A stretch of DNA of 64,000 nucleotides from Paramoeba atlantica (taxonomy: Eukaryota; Protista; Discosea), in the NCBI GenBank assembly GCA_977017575.1, contig CDRNVI010000037.1, positions 248,001 to 312,000 of the forward strand. Direction: 5' to 3'. The notes below the pieces were generated by a model, which saw only the letters and a list, made by a program, of their open reading frames with translations, had not been told where the DNA came from and did not search any database. Made by a program: the position numbers and the translations under genes. Of the stretch, positions 34,081-45,376 are shown piece by piece (within the stretch, counting starts at the first letter, position 1; each line of letters begins with the position of its first letter).

Positions 34081-34514
34081 TATCTTATGTTGTTCTCTAT
34101 TTGGTGTCGAAAAAGAGTATTTTAACAGATCAACACTATGCGATGATTGGTCTCCACACCTTAACTAGACAATAATTTTTATCAAATTCATAAAATTTAC
34201 CACTCCTGATGTGAGTGCGTAATAGGGAAGCATGGTCGGGACCTCCTCGTGGTCTTCCCTGGCACTGCTATCGTAGCGATAGTACAGACGCCGACCTTCA
34301 TTAGACAAAAATAGAGAAAAAAAACATAGACAAAAAAGGAACCGGTCATATTGAAATTTTATGAAAAAATGTTGACTCCCCCACTTAAGAGTCCAAACGC
34401 CCAAAATCGGCGGACTCTTAAGTAGGGAGGGACAGCAATATTTGTGCTTTATTTTGACAGGAGGAGTATCTAAATTTACCTATTTCTCCCACCTATCTAC
34501 TTTTCTACCAACAC

Positions 34515-34832
34515 ATGTTTCGACTCCTGTCATCCCTCCGCAAAGGTTCCCTTCCTTCCCTTCGCCCCTTGGGTCATCGCATTCTTATCCAACGCACAGA
34601 GGCTGCGAAACAGACCTCTAGCGGTCTTCTCATTCCGGAACAAGCCCAAGGCCGGGTGAATGAGGGCGTCGTGATGGCCGTTCCTAAGCCCACGAAAGAA
34701 TTCAAGCCCGCAGTAAAAGCTGGAGATACGGTGCTGCTGAGTGAGTATGGGGGCACGAAGGTCAAGGTAGATGGTGTCGAAATGGTCATGTTTAATGAGG
34801 ATCAATTGCTGGGTGTGGTGGTGGGGAAATAA
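34515..34832 (+). CDS. HSP10: 10 kDa chaperonin (Hsp10/Cpn10), mitochondrial
   Basis: LRPLGHRILIQR, SSGLLIPE, VKAGDTVLLSEYGGTKVKVDG; short MFRL presequence. Confidence 0.95.
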   Translation: MFRLLSSLRKGSLPSLRPLGHRILIQRTEAAKQTSSGLLIPEQAQGRVNEGVVMAVPKPTKEFKPAVKAGDTVLLSEYGGTKVKVDGVEMVMFNEDQLLGVVVGK

Positions 34833-35199
34833 GAAGTGGAAAGGGGGAAAGGATGGGTAGTTCTTTTGGGCCATCTATGAGGTAGAACAATCGTACGAAA
34901 GGGGTGAACAAATTTGCTAAATAATCTCTTTTAAAATGATCATGACAAAAGAAGCAGCACGTTGCATTTGTTTGTTAAGCTTGTGGGAATTATAGAAGAT
35001 GCTGCTTTTTTGGTTTGCTAGTTTCCTTGGCTGTATGCAAGTTCCTCAACATTTTTCACAAAGGTACGGGTGTCGCAACGCTTATTCCTGTGGGTTTCAT
35101 ATATCGCTAACATTAATTTTATACAATACATTTCTGTGTGCTTTCACATTATTTGGGACTAAAAATTAAGTCAACTTTTTTTTCGCTTTTTATTGCGCA

Positions 35200-35508
35200 A
35201 TGTTTCGTCTTAGTCCGTACGTGGCTCGCAAATCTATTCAACCTTTAGGGAAACGAGTGCTTATCCGACGAGCCCAAGCCGCGAAGGAAACCCAAAGTGG
35301 CATCTTAATTCCTGAGCAAGCTCAGGGAAAGCTAAACGAAGGTACGGTTGTGGCTGTAGCCCCCGCTACTAAAGAATGGACACCCAGTGTGAAGTCCGGG
35401 GATCGGGTCTTGCTGAATGAGTACGGCGGAACAAAAGTAAAAGTAGAAGGAGAAGACCTGATGTTGTTTCCCGAGGAGCAACTTCTTGGTGTTCTGACCG
35501 GAAAATAA
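35200..35508 (+). CDS. HSP10: 10 kDa chaperonin (Hsp10/Cpn10), second diverged copy
   Basis: IQPLGKRVLIRR, QSGILIPE, VKSGDRVLLNEYGGTKVKVEG. Confidence 0.95.
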   Translation: MFRLSPYVARKSIQPLGKRVLIRRAQAAKETQSGILIPEQAQGKLNEGTVVAVAPATKEWTPSVKSGDRVLLNEYGGTKVKVEGEDLMLFPEEQLLGVLTGK

Positions 35509-35941
35509 AAGATGTAGGGCCGTGGGAGATATAAATTGTTTTTGTGAGATATTTTATTTCGCAGATCAAACAATCACTGAGTATAAATTCATTCTTCAAA
35601 CGTTATTTTATTACCGAATCTCTGCTTGGGAGCTTTGCCTGGATCTTACAGGTTTCTTTCACAATTAAAATCTAAAATTAAATGAACGTTCCTTGAATAC
35701 AATATGACGGATACATGCATGTACCACTAAACTAAAATTTTGCTTATTTATTGCTCAGTGTAACTACAGGTTTCTACTTTTCTATCGACACCATAACCCA
35801 CAAATTTATTTTTTCAATTCAACAAATTACCTACAAAACCTTAATCCGAAACTATTTCCTCTTTTTTCCTTTACCCCTTTATCTCTCCTCCATTTTCTTC
35901 TCTTTCCTTATACTCCCCCTTCTCCACCCCTCTTTCTCCTC

Positions 35942-36430
35942 ATGCACCGTTTTCTTACCCCCTCCCCTTCCCCCTCCCCCCTCCTCCTGGTCTTCGCCCA
36001 CCGCCTCACCCACCCCGACCTCCAGGAGCCTCCACTGGACCAGCAGCTCTTCCGCACCAAACCCTCCCGCGGCCCCCCGGTCGCCCACCAGCTCAATGTC
36101 TACACCCGGGCCCACAAACTTCACCAAAGTGCGAAATGGAAAAAGGCCAATCTCACGCTCAACTTTGCCGGGGGGAAGGACTTAAGATTACGCGATACCC
36201 ACGGGGAAGGGAGGCTGGACGCGGACGGGATGTACCGGGATTGGCTGTATGGCACCGAGCGACGGTCCGCGAACCTGCTTTGTGGGGGTCTAGCGGTTCT
36301 GGTCGCGCTGCTGTATTGCTATTCCATGCATTTGCTGCGGCAGGATACGTGGGAGATTCCCGCGAGTTTGTTGCACAAGCCCAAGGTGGTGGGGGGTGGG
36401 GAGGGGGAGAGGGGGAAGGGTGTGTCGTGA
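35942..36430 (+). CDS. Small mitochondrial membrane protein, COA3/CCDC56-like C-terminus
   Basis: RRSANLLCGGLAVLVALLYCYSMHLLRQD resembles the COA3 R..N...(TM)...Y.Y......Q pattern; similarity by eye only. Confidence 0.45.
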   Translation: MHRFLTPSPSPSPLLLVFAHRLTHPDLQEPPLDQQLFRTKPSRGPPVAHQLNVYTRAHKLHQSAKWKKANLTLNFAGGKDLRLRDTHGEGRLDADGMYRDWLYGTERRSANLLCGGLAVLVALLYCYSMHLLRQDTWEIPASLLHKPKVVGGGEGERGKGVS

Positions 36431-36649
36431 TCGGGTGTTTGTTGCTCTATGGGGAAAGGTATTATGTATAGTATGTGTGATCCAGAAGTTCTTTTTGCCC
36501 CAGTTCTTTTTGCCCCTGTATATGTGATCCTCCTGCATGTACGAATGCATACAAAGCTCTGCTACCCACTCGCTGCTACTTATACGGTTTTTTGGATTTA
36601 TAGTATTTTTTTCTCTTGTTAGTGCTGCTATTTTTTTTGTGTCCTCTTC

Positions 36650-38563
36650 ATGATGCCTCGATATCTATTTCTTCGTTCCCTCTCTCTTAAACTGGTTCGA
36701 TCTGGAACCCTTCTCCACCTTTCGCATCGTTCCTACACCAACGCGATCGTCTATGGCTCGGGCAGACTGGGTACCGCTCTAATTGCTGCACTTTCCAGAG
36801 CTCACACTCCCCCCGAACGATCTACCCGGAAGGAAGAAACGAGACCCAAGTCGAGTACGAATCCTACTTCGAGCAAACGAACCAATTCTTCTTCCTCTCC
36901 CTATTGGAATGCCTACCGTGCGCTATCGCTCCCTCTTCGCCTGGGGTTTGTTGTGCGAGACACCGAAGCGGCTCAGAGCTTACGTCATAAACGACAGTCA
37001 CCTGTTTTTTCGCAATATCAGTTGCCTCGTTCGGTTTCTATTCTTTCTAATGGCTTGGAGATGGAATCGTTCTTAGAATCGCCCTCGGAAAGGGACGATT
37101 TGCCTCCTGTTGTTTTCCTAGCGCTCCCGGCTCGTGCACTACGGGAGGTGATTCAACCCGGGAGCGGGTTTCGTGCTCTATTTCCAAAATCCACAAATTG
37201 GCCTTCGATTTCCCCAATTGTTGACTTAAGAAGTGCGAAATCGAAACAAAAACTCGGAGAACAGGAGAAAAAAGAGACAACGAAAACGCAAAATGAAAAT
37301 ACGGATTCCGATGATCATTCTCAAAGCTCTGCTTTGAGAAGGAAGCCATCTTGTGTTCCAAAAGACGCCCCCCTCCCTCTCGTCGTGTTGGCTACCCGTG
37401 GAGTGGATGAGGAGGGTCGGCTGCCTCACCAGTACCTTCCGTGTGGAGTCCCATACGTCTACCTCGGTGGTCCAATGGATCCGAGTGATATTGTCGACGG
37501 CAAGCCGACATTTATTGTGGCCTCCGGTAATGCGGGTGAAAAATATGAAACCCTTGTTCGGGAAATGCTCACCTGCGAGGATCTGCGGTATCCCTTTGTG
37601 GTTGGCACTGTGTCCTCTAGGAAACAGCCGTCATCATCTCCGGACACACGCGTACATCACAGTACCCCTCTGTCGGGTATTGGTGTGCTCGACCTGCCTC
37701 TGATTGCCCAGCCGGAGGGGAGAAACAATCAAACCAGCCCTCAATGTAACGAAACCGGACAAGATGAAAAGGATTCAGCTCCAACTTGGGTTTCCCCTAT
37801 TTCTTCCTCTTCTTGTTCATCTGAATTCTCTTCGCTAGAGACCGCAATTTGTGCCGCATTTGGCCATTTCATCGCTCTCGGCTGTGGGGTGTTAAGCACC
37901 CAGTGGGGAGGCTCCTTCTCTCCGTTCTGTGCCTACCTCACGCGTTGTACCGAGGAGGTCCATGAGTTTCTCCACGCTCTCGGACTGAACGCTTCTGTGG
38001 CCTATTCCGTCGCAGGTCTTGGAGAGTTTCTCTCTTACGCCAGCGCGCGGAGGAGTTCATATTTTGTAATGGGCACACGACTCGCCCATGGCCTCCCGGG
38101 GTCGTATATTTCGCAAAAAACCAAACATCACGAGCCCCATGAAGCGGCACTGGAGCTGTTGGGGATTACCAAGTGGTTGGATCATGTAGAGGGGTTGCTG
38201 GTGAGAGCCCGGCAGAGCCCATCTCCGGAAAAAGAGCAAAGAAACAACGCTGCCGAGGGTTTGCAATATGGAGAGTGTGAGACAAATGGGGAGGACGAAC
38301 GCTCTCCGCTACCTTTGCTGCGCGCCACAGTGAAAGTGCTCCGAAATGAGCGCCGGGTATCGGAGTTTGCGGTGCTCGCGCTCGCTCCCTCGGCTGAGCA
38401 AATGAGGTATCGGAGTGTACAACATCCGTTGCTGTCCACCATGAACGTATTTTTTCATCACGTCGAACAGCCTAGTACACAGACAAAGGATGCAATGGAG
38501 CAACTGCGATTGTCGACCCCCGCGCCCCCGCCCGCGATACGCTCCTGGATGGGGATGAAGTGA
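36650..38563 (+). CDS. NAD-dependent glycerol-3-phosphate dehydrogenase-like protein (degenerate active site)
   Basis: VYGSGRLGTAL Rossmann motif, LALPARALREV, LATRGV, LGGPMDP..IVDGKPT, TRCTEEV and AGLGEF align with GpsA blocks. Confidence 0.75.
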   Translation: MMPRYLFLRSLSLKLVRSGTLLHLSHRSYTNAIVYGSGRLGTALIAALSRAHTPPERSTRKEETRPKSSTNPTSSKRTNSSSSPYWNAYRALSLPLRLGFVVRDTEAAQSLRHKRQSPVFSQYQLPRSVSILSNGLEMESFLESPSERDDLPPVVFLALPARALREVIQPGSGFRALFPKSTNWPSISPIVDLRSAKSKQKLGEQEKKETTKTQNENTDSDDHSQSSALRRKPSCVPKDAPLPLVVLATRGVDEEGRLPHQYLPCGVPYVYLGGPMDPSDIVDGKPTFIVASGNAGEKYETLVREMLTCEDLRYPFVVGTVSSRKQPSSSPDTRVHHSTPLSGIGVLDLPLIAQPEGRNNQTSPQCNETGQDEKDSAPTWVSPISSSSCSSEFSSLETAICAAFGHFIALGCGVLSTQWGGSFSPFCAYLTRCTEEVHEFLHALGLNASVAYSVAGLGEFLSYASARRSSYFVMGTRLAHGLPGSYISQKTKHHEPHEAALELLGITKWLDHVEGLLVRARQSPSPEKEQRNNAAEGLQYGECETNGEDERSPLPLLRATVKVLRNERRVSEFAVLALAPSAEQMRYRSVQHPLLSTMNVFFHHVEQPSTQTKDAMEQLRLSTPAPPPAIRSWMGMK

Positions 38564-38931
38564 AAGGCGAAAGTTTAGCAAAACGGAATTACGTTCCCTC
38601 ACACAACACGTATGGAAGACAAGCCAAAGTACTGTGTTGGATACAGCTTTGCGGGTCGTTGTGGGGTATGTCTCCACTGACCCTTAGTTTTCTCTTTCTA
38701 AAGAACCATAAGTTCTTTTAGTTTCTTGCACCTTCTGATCCAGAAGATTAAATTTATTTCTAAAGTGTTAAGCCGAATAAAAATGCAAGTGATGTCGCCT
38801 ACGTCTATGAACTTATCCGTTACTCAAGGATTTTCGGGGTTTGTTTGAACACGCTATTTTTTCAAGTTGTTTATTTCGTGAGAAATAGAAAGCCGAAAAC
38901 GCCCTTGGATAAGATTAATCTTGCTTGTAAA

Positions 38932-39834
38932 ATGTTTCCCTGCTTTTATTTCATGCTCATCATGACGTTAACGCTTCACGTACATCTATCGGATACACAA
39001 CAACCTTCAATCAAACGTCAGCCAACCGATCCTAGTTCAGAGTTTCCTATATCGATTATTCGTGCCAGTAAAGTAAACACGAATCTACCACAAGAATATG
39101 AACTCGCTCGATTTATTGAAGATATGAAGAATCCTGACCCTTCATGGAACACATCGACGCCTGCGTGTGAGTGGAATTATGTACACTGTGATGATAGCCA
39201 ACGTGTTACAAAACTTGATTGGAAATGGGTAAGAAAGACTCATAGATCCGCTCTGGTTGCTGCAGGAATACTAAGATGGGAATGGTTGCCTCGAACATTG
39301 CTTTCTTGTGACGTATACCACAACCTGTTTACAGGTCCAGTATCGCTTGATGTGTTACCACCTCTCCTTATTTCGCTGAAGCTATCATGGAACAAGTTTA
39401 CCGGTTCATTGGACTTTATTCATTTGCCGCCCATGTTAGAAGAACTCCGGTTAAACAAGAACGAATTTGAATGGCGTGTTGACTTGACACAACTGCCACA
39501 GAATTTACGTCATCTAGACTTCTCGGAGAACAACCTTTCTGGTCATCTTCAGCTTTCTTGTCTACCGGACAAAATGCGATCTCTTAATTTGTCATCGAAT
39601 CAATTTTCGGGATCTCTTTCGCTCCAACATTTACCAGCCTCGCTTAGAGGTCTAACCTGTTCCTCTAATTCCTTCTCGGGTTCAGTCAAGTTTGATTCTC
39701 TTCCGGCAGGAATGAAACTACTGTGTCTAGGGATGAATATAGATTTGTATGGTGAGATTGATGGGTCCCTTTTACCTAAGAAGCTGAAGACCTTGAATTT
39801 CCACAGTACAAAAATTGTGTATAAACGCGGATAG
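38932..39834 (+). CDS. LRR family copy 5
   Basis: NLPQEYELARF, WNTSTPACEWNYVHC, tandem LRRs; recent duplicate of 55653-56555. Confidence 0.9.
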   Translation: MFPCFYFMLIMTLTLHVHLSDTQQPSIKRQPTDPSSEFPISIIRASKVNTNLPQEYELARFIEDMKNPDPSWNTSTPACEWNYVHCDDSQRVTKLDWKWVRKTHRSALVAAGILRWEWLPRTLLSCDVYHNLFTGPVSLDVLPPLLISLKLSWNKFTGSLDFIHLPPMLEELRLNKNEFEWRVDLTQLPQNLRHLDFSENNLSGHLQLSCLPDKMRSLNLSSNQFSGSLSLQHLPASLRGLTCSSNSFSGSVKFDSLPAGMKLLCLGMNIDLYGEIDGSLLPKKLKTLNFHSTKIVYKRG

Positions 39835-40827
39835 CTTTCGTTCGTAACATGATCATCTTATCTTAATCCCCACCATCTAAGATAGGGATACAGGGGGGAA
39901 AAAAGTTATGTCAACGAAAGTCGAGGCAACAAAAGTTGCGTGAACAAAAGTCGTGTTACACTCAACACAATTATTTCTGTAACAAAAAACAGGAAAACAA
40001 AAATTTATGTATTTTTTATTGTGCAAAATTTTTAAAAATGAAAATTTTATTTAAATTTGTTTTGCTCAAATTCCAAAAAAACTGATTTTTAACCTAAACG
40101 AGGGTCCGGTTTAGCATACCTGTGAGCTCGCACCATACCGGAGGGGTTATGGTACCGTGCGCAGGGCCGATAGCATACCCCCCCCTGGTTTTTAGTAGTT
40201 CCCCCTGGTTCTCTTTAGCAGTTCTGAATGGTTGTGCCTAACTCCTTTTTTGTTTGTGTTTAACTTTCTTTTCAATATACACACACAGTACATTACTATT
40301 CATACCGAATTACCTTCATACCATTACTATTCCACATCTGTCTTTGAATGGTCTGGCTTACCAGTGAGCGTCCGGAGCAATCCGGAATGATTTGGATTGG
40401 ATTGGATTTATCCATACCGCCTACATTTCCCCCAACAAAAAAAATCTCCACAAATATTTGTGCAACAGAAATTTGTGAATTTTTTATTGTGCAACAATTT
40501 CAAAAGTGATCAAACCCCATTACTTGGAAGGTATGCCTGTTTGGCCAGTTTCTTTTCTCCCAACTTTGTTTGCGAATTTATTCTAATTTTTTCTTCTGAA
40601 GACTTATTAAAACGCTTATTTGGGTTACTCCCGAATCCCCCAACATACGGACATACACCCCCTACTCCCTATACTCGTCCTGTGGGTCTCCGATCCAAAC
40701 CTCTCTTACTGGGGCCCAAAAAGGGTGAAACCTCTATAGCTGGGGGGTGTATTACTCGGGGGGTCTACGGTAGATGATTATCCATCTCCTTCAATAAATA
40801 TTTTTCATACTTCAATACTTTTCCTTT

Positions 40828-41397
40828 ATGGACATCTTTCGTGCACATAAAGTGCGTGGTACTTCTCTTCCGCCTGAGTTTATGCTTATTCGAATGATTG
40901 AAAATATTCAGAACCCGCATTCATCATGGACGGCAGATATACCAATATCTAAGTGGAAGGGGGTAATGTGTTTGGAAAGCGGTGACATTGACAAAATTAG
41001 GTTTGAAAGGAGTAAGCTACAAGGACCTCTACGGTGGGACATGTTGCCTCGCTCACTGACACACTTTGGTGTTTATTCAAACAAACTAATGGGGGAAGTA
41101 GACCTCAGTGAATTGCCCCCAAAACTGAAATTTTTAGATGGTTCTTATAACATGTTTACGGGAGGACTTGATTTATGTCATCTTCCAATGTCACTTGAAG
41201 AGATCTTCTTTTCTGAGAACAAGTTAAGTGGGCGAGTTGATTTTTCTCATCTTCCACATCGTTTGTGTTCACTTGCTTTGAGACACAATCGATTACTTGG
41301 GGGTGAGATGCGTCTTCGTGAACTTCCTTCAAGTTTAAGTTATCGTCCAATATTTGAAACTTCGATTGTAGTTATTGATGATTCTGCAATAAACTAG
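40828..41397 (+). CDS. LRR family copy 6 (short)
   Basis: KVRGTSLPPEFML, SWTADIPISKWKGVMC, about 4 LRRs. Confidence 0.85.
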   Translation: MDIFRAHKVRGTSLPPEFMLIRMIENIQNPHSSWTADIPISKWKGVMCLESGDIDKIRFERSKLQGPLRWDMLPRSLTHFGVYSNKLMGEVDLSELPPKLKFLDGSYNMFTGGLDLCHLPMSLEEIFFSENKLSGRVDFSHLPHRLCSLALRHNRLLGGEMRLRELPSSLSYRPIFETSIVVIDDSAIN

Positions 41398-41739
41398 GTA
41401 GCATACTACTTTAAGTACAGTGGTGTAAGATGTCGATTTAAAACAATAGCATGGTTGAATGAACGAATTACATACACTATCCTATTACTGAATTACATAC
41501 TGTATCTTACAGTAACTCAAGAAAGTGTTCAAATGTTTCGACATTTTTCCATATTTCTATTTTGGCCAAAGAGAATCAGAAGATGATGCCGTAGTATAAG
41601 GTAATAGTGTAGGGTGGAGTAGTGCTTACATTCAACTTTGTCAACGGTCCTCTATTACTGGGGGTCAGCCCAAAAGGATCCAAACCTCTATTACTGGGGG
41701 GGTCTATTACCGGAGGGGTATACGGTAACAAACCATCTA

Positions 41740-42583
41740 AACCACCGTCCGTGTTATATTACCTAGGGACACCTATTGTACCTCCTAGGTATAACAAGTG
41801 TCCCTAGGGTCCTTATTATACCTCCCCCCCTACCGCATCAGAGGCAGGTGTAGAACTTACAGGACCGTAAATTTGGATGTTGGAGGGGTCTAAAATTTGT
41901 AAGCCTTGGCCCATTTTGGAAAGGTATAGCGCATTCGAGAGCTCTCGAACAGGGCTCATGAACGTGCAGGCACGGAATCTTCGTTATTTGGATTTTCGAA
42001 TGCACATAGTACACTTTATTTTTTGGTAGACAAAATCTTTCATTTTTCACAATTTTTCTGATTTTCCCCCTGATTTATGCCACAGACGGGATTACGGACG
42101 ATCACCTTAACGTAAACTCTCCGAAAGGGTTAATTCTTCGCCTGGACACGTAAAAGCATACTGGTGCATGCCCTTTGTTGTCGACTACGAGTTTTCTCCT
42201 CACTGCGCGTAAATTTCAATGTTGCGTTTGATGAGTGAAACTTACCAAGAAAGCAGATTGACATTGTCAAGAGTTTTGACCAGTTGGGGTATAGTAACCA
42301 CGAAAATACATGTATTCGTGGCATTTCATATTCTTTTACCCCTGAAGCCTCAGGAAATAAACTTACTCCCACACTCGCACACGTTCTCCCAGGCGTTCCC
42401 CCAGGCCCGTCCCCCCAGGCGCAAGAGGGAAACTTGCAAATGGATCGTAACATGTTGTGGGCAATGTTAAAAATTTCGCGCCGCTTCGCGGCGCGAAATT
42501 TTTTTCACCCTTTTTGCAAAGCAAAGTTATTATACCTAGGGACACTTATTATACCTCCTAGGTATAATAACCCGGACGGTGGT
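41740..42583. mobile_element. MITE family F, uninterrupted copy
   Basis: Collinear with 23147-24258 plus 25868-25905. Confidence 0.85.
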
Positions 42584-42599
42584 GACCCCCCAACAGCGG

Positions 42600-43062
42600 A
42601 TATCCCGCTTTTCTGTTAGGAGATATTCAATAGCCTTGGGTATGGCCTCTCGCAATTCATGCCTATTTTTCGGACGCAAAGAACTATGAATGTGGTCATC
42701 CATGATTGACCACAAGTTTTCTATCAAGTTTAAGTCAGATGACTTTGAGGGCCAATCAATAATGTTTAAGCCTGCTTGCAATCCCGCTCGACGGGCTTGC
42801 CCATGACCCGGTGCAATAACAGAGAATTGCATCCTTTAATAGACAATTTTAACGGGATTTGCACAATTTTTACATAAATTTGCATATTTGTTGGAGATTT
42901 TTTTTTATTTTTTTATACCAATTTTTACAGGTGTGTTTAAATAGGCGCAAAATGTCGTTCCGATCATATTCGCGTCGAGATCTCTCTTTTGCAACAAAAA
43001 TCAGGTGAAACGGACACATAGCACAAAAATGGGAGGTGTCCCGATATTGGTGATCCTCCCTG
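42600..43062 (-). mobile_element. Second Tc1 family deletion derivative with transposase C-terminal fragment
   Basis: APGHGQARRAG...IDWPSKSSDLNLIENLW; TIR ending ...gatcctccctg-TA. Confidence 0.8.
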
Positions 43063-43227
43063 TATTATTTAAATAGCGATTTAAATAATATACCGTTCCC
43101 CGGGTTACACTAACTTCGCTATTTTTCTTTAGTTTCTTTTGAACCGCTTTTTAATGGTTACAAAGAACACAAAACAACACCCCTAGCCTCCCCCCCGTAG
43201 TCTCGCACGTCGTCTCAACATCATCAC

Positions 43228-44184
43228 ATGTCACCTCTTCCCCTTCCATTCCACCTCCGTACCCTTACCTCCAGTACTATCACAACCCCCCTTGCGTCGT
43301 TTTTTCACCCCTTCTCACTTCCTTACCCAATCCCCTTCTCTCCTCTCGGCTTCCCCTCTCCCCGATCCGATATCATAATCCCCGCCCCATGGTCCTTCCC
43401 GAGTCGTCTCCCTTCCCGTTCTCCCCCAACCCCCACAATCACAACAACCCCTCTACTTCCTCCCCACTCGACCTCCATGCTCTCACGACCACAACACCCA
43501 ACTCATCTACACCCCCACACCCCCTCCCCTTCCCCCTCCCCCACCCCCACCCCCCTCTACACCACCAGTCCCTACTTTCAAAAATCCTTTTTCTCTTTTT
43601 TATTTCTCTCCACACTCTCCTTCATGGTTTGGCTACGTAACCAATCCATTGCCTCCTGCTCTGTAGGAGACCCCAACGAGACCCTTCCCAACGGGTCACC
43701 TTTACAAAACAACAGTTGTTGTAATCCCCACAACTCGTGTAACGGATCACCACGCCTTAAGTATTGTGACACCCCCGAGGAGGTCGAATCCGTGATCCGC
43801 TCACGTGACCCGAGGCGACCCCCTTGGCCGGTGCTTCACCACAGGGCCACACAGATGCGTGAGGGGAAGCTCCCTCTCACGGGGGTGCAGGAGCTGTGGG
43901 AGGCCACCGCCTACTACTACCCCGCGGACTGGCTGATTCCGCTGGAGTTGGCCCAGGTGTTAAAGTACACCACGGGGCGGTACCTGAAACGAGTGGTACG
44001 GGACCCCGAGGGGTTCCGACGGGAGCTGATGGTCCAGCTGATTCAAATCAAGCATGGACGGGTGAGAGGGGTGGACCGGGTGAGTGGGGAGTTGTGGGAG
44101 ATTTTGAGTGGAGCGATTGAGGAGTTAAGTCGGATGGATTTTCGGGATATGGAGGAGATACCGATTGCACCGACCCATCGGTAG
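43228..44184 (+). CDS. Hypothetical protein with one TM segment and a C-terminal helical domain
   Basis: 318-aa ORF. YYPADWLIPLELAQVL recalls the C-terminal extension of long-form bacterial phenylalanine hydroxylases (by eye only). Confidence 0.75.
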   Translation: MSPLPLPFHLRTLTSSTITTPLASFFHPFSLPYPIPFSPLGFPSPRSDIIIPAPWSFPSRLPSRSPPTPTITTTPLLPPHSTSMLSRPQHPTHLHPHTPSPSPSPTPTPLYTTSPYFQKSFFSFLFLSTLSFMVWLRNQSIASCSVGDPNETLPNGSPLQNNSCCNPHNSCNGSPRLKYCDTPEEVESVIRSRDPRRPPWPVLHHRATQMREGKLPLTGVQELWEATAYYYPADWLIPLELAQVLKYTTGRYLKRVVRDPEGFRRELMVQLIQIKHGRVRGVDRVSGELWEILSGAIEELSRMDFRDMEEIPIAPTHR

Positions 44185-45376
44185 ATGTAGGGGAGGGGGC
44201 GAAGAGGGTTGCGATGGAAGAGAAAGGGGAGGAGGGGGGTAGAGAACAGAACCTGTAGATTAGAATGGGTTCAATTTTTGAGAAGAATACGTTTCTTGTG
44301 AAATGTTGAGTATGTTTATGGCACACCGTTTTGAGGTGTTACTACACACCTCAGGGTTAAAATGCATTACAAACTACTGTAAGCATGATGTCTTGGGTAC
44401 AAAAATATCTAACTCATCCGTATTCTGGGAACGCTTTTTGATAGGTGCGGCAAGGTTTTTTAGGTAAAGTCCCCCTCATTTTCTCAGACCCCTCCCGTAC
44501 GATATAAACCATGTTCCAGGATAGTATACCCATGCCCACTTAAACCACATACCCGTTTAACATACCTATACCTTGGATAACATACCGGGGGGGTATGTTA
44601 TTCTGGTCTGCGACAGTTAACATACAACCCCCTCGTCCCACGTCTTTTTTTGTGCAACGGTACAAAACTCCAACCGTAATATCACGTACTTTTTTAACAA
44701 AATGTTTCTTTTATACGTTTTTAGATGTATTTTGATACGTTTTAGCATTTAGTACTACACGCGGTTAGTACTACACCCCCCCCTTTAATATGCACCCCCT
44801 TCCCTCCCCCCCCTTAATATGCACAAATTCCATGTTGAATTTTCGGAACGTTTTTTTGAGAGCAGATGTTTTGCCTATTTTTACCCAATTTCTTCAAAGG
44901 GCTTTGTGCTTTTAAGCCTCTGATGCGCATCTATGTATGTGGAGATAATATATATTTGTATACTTGTTCCTCTCTTTCTCCCGTACTTTTCACCCTTATG
45001 TCAGATACTGACGGAGTTCCGACCACAGTTCACTCTGTGCGTGGACCTCTGACCACTTGGCTTCGGAAGCTCCCTCCCCAACCGCAAGTAGGGGAGCGCA
45101 CATCCCTTATTATTAACAACACCCCGACGGTAACAGTTCAGGAAAAACGGCAGCGTACTGAACTTACTATATTCGAGAAACGAGAAATTTGTATGCAAAG
45201 AATCGAGAAAGCTCTACCATTTACACTGAAATGACACGTCTAACTTATTCTCTGAGCGGGATTTACATCGATGTAATTCGTTCTGGGTGGGTTACTGACG
45301 ATGTCTATGAGCGAATGTTAAAGAAATATTTACCCTATACTCTTGACAACCCCTCGACGGTTATTATCACGGACGA

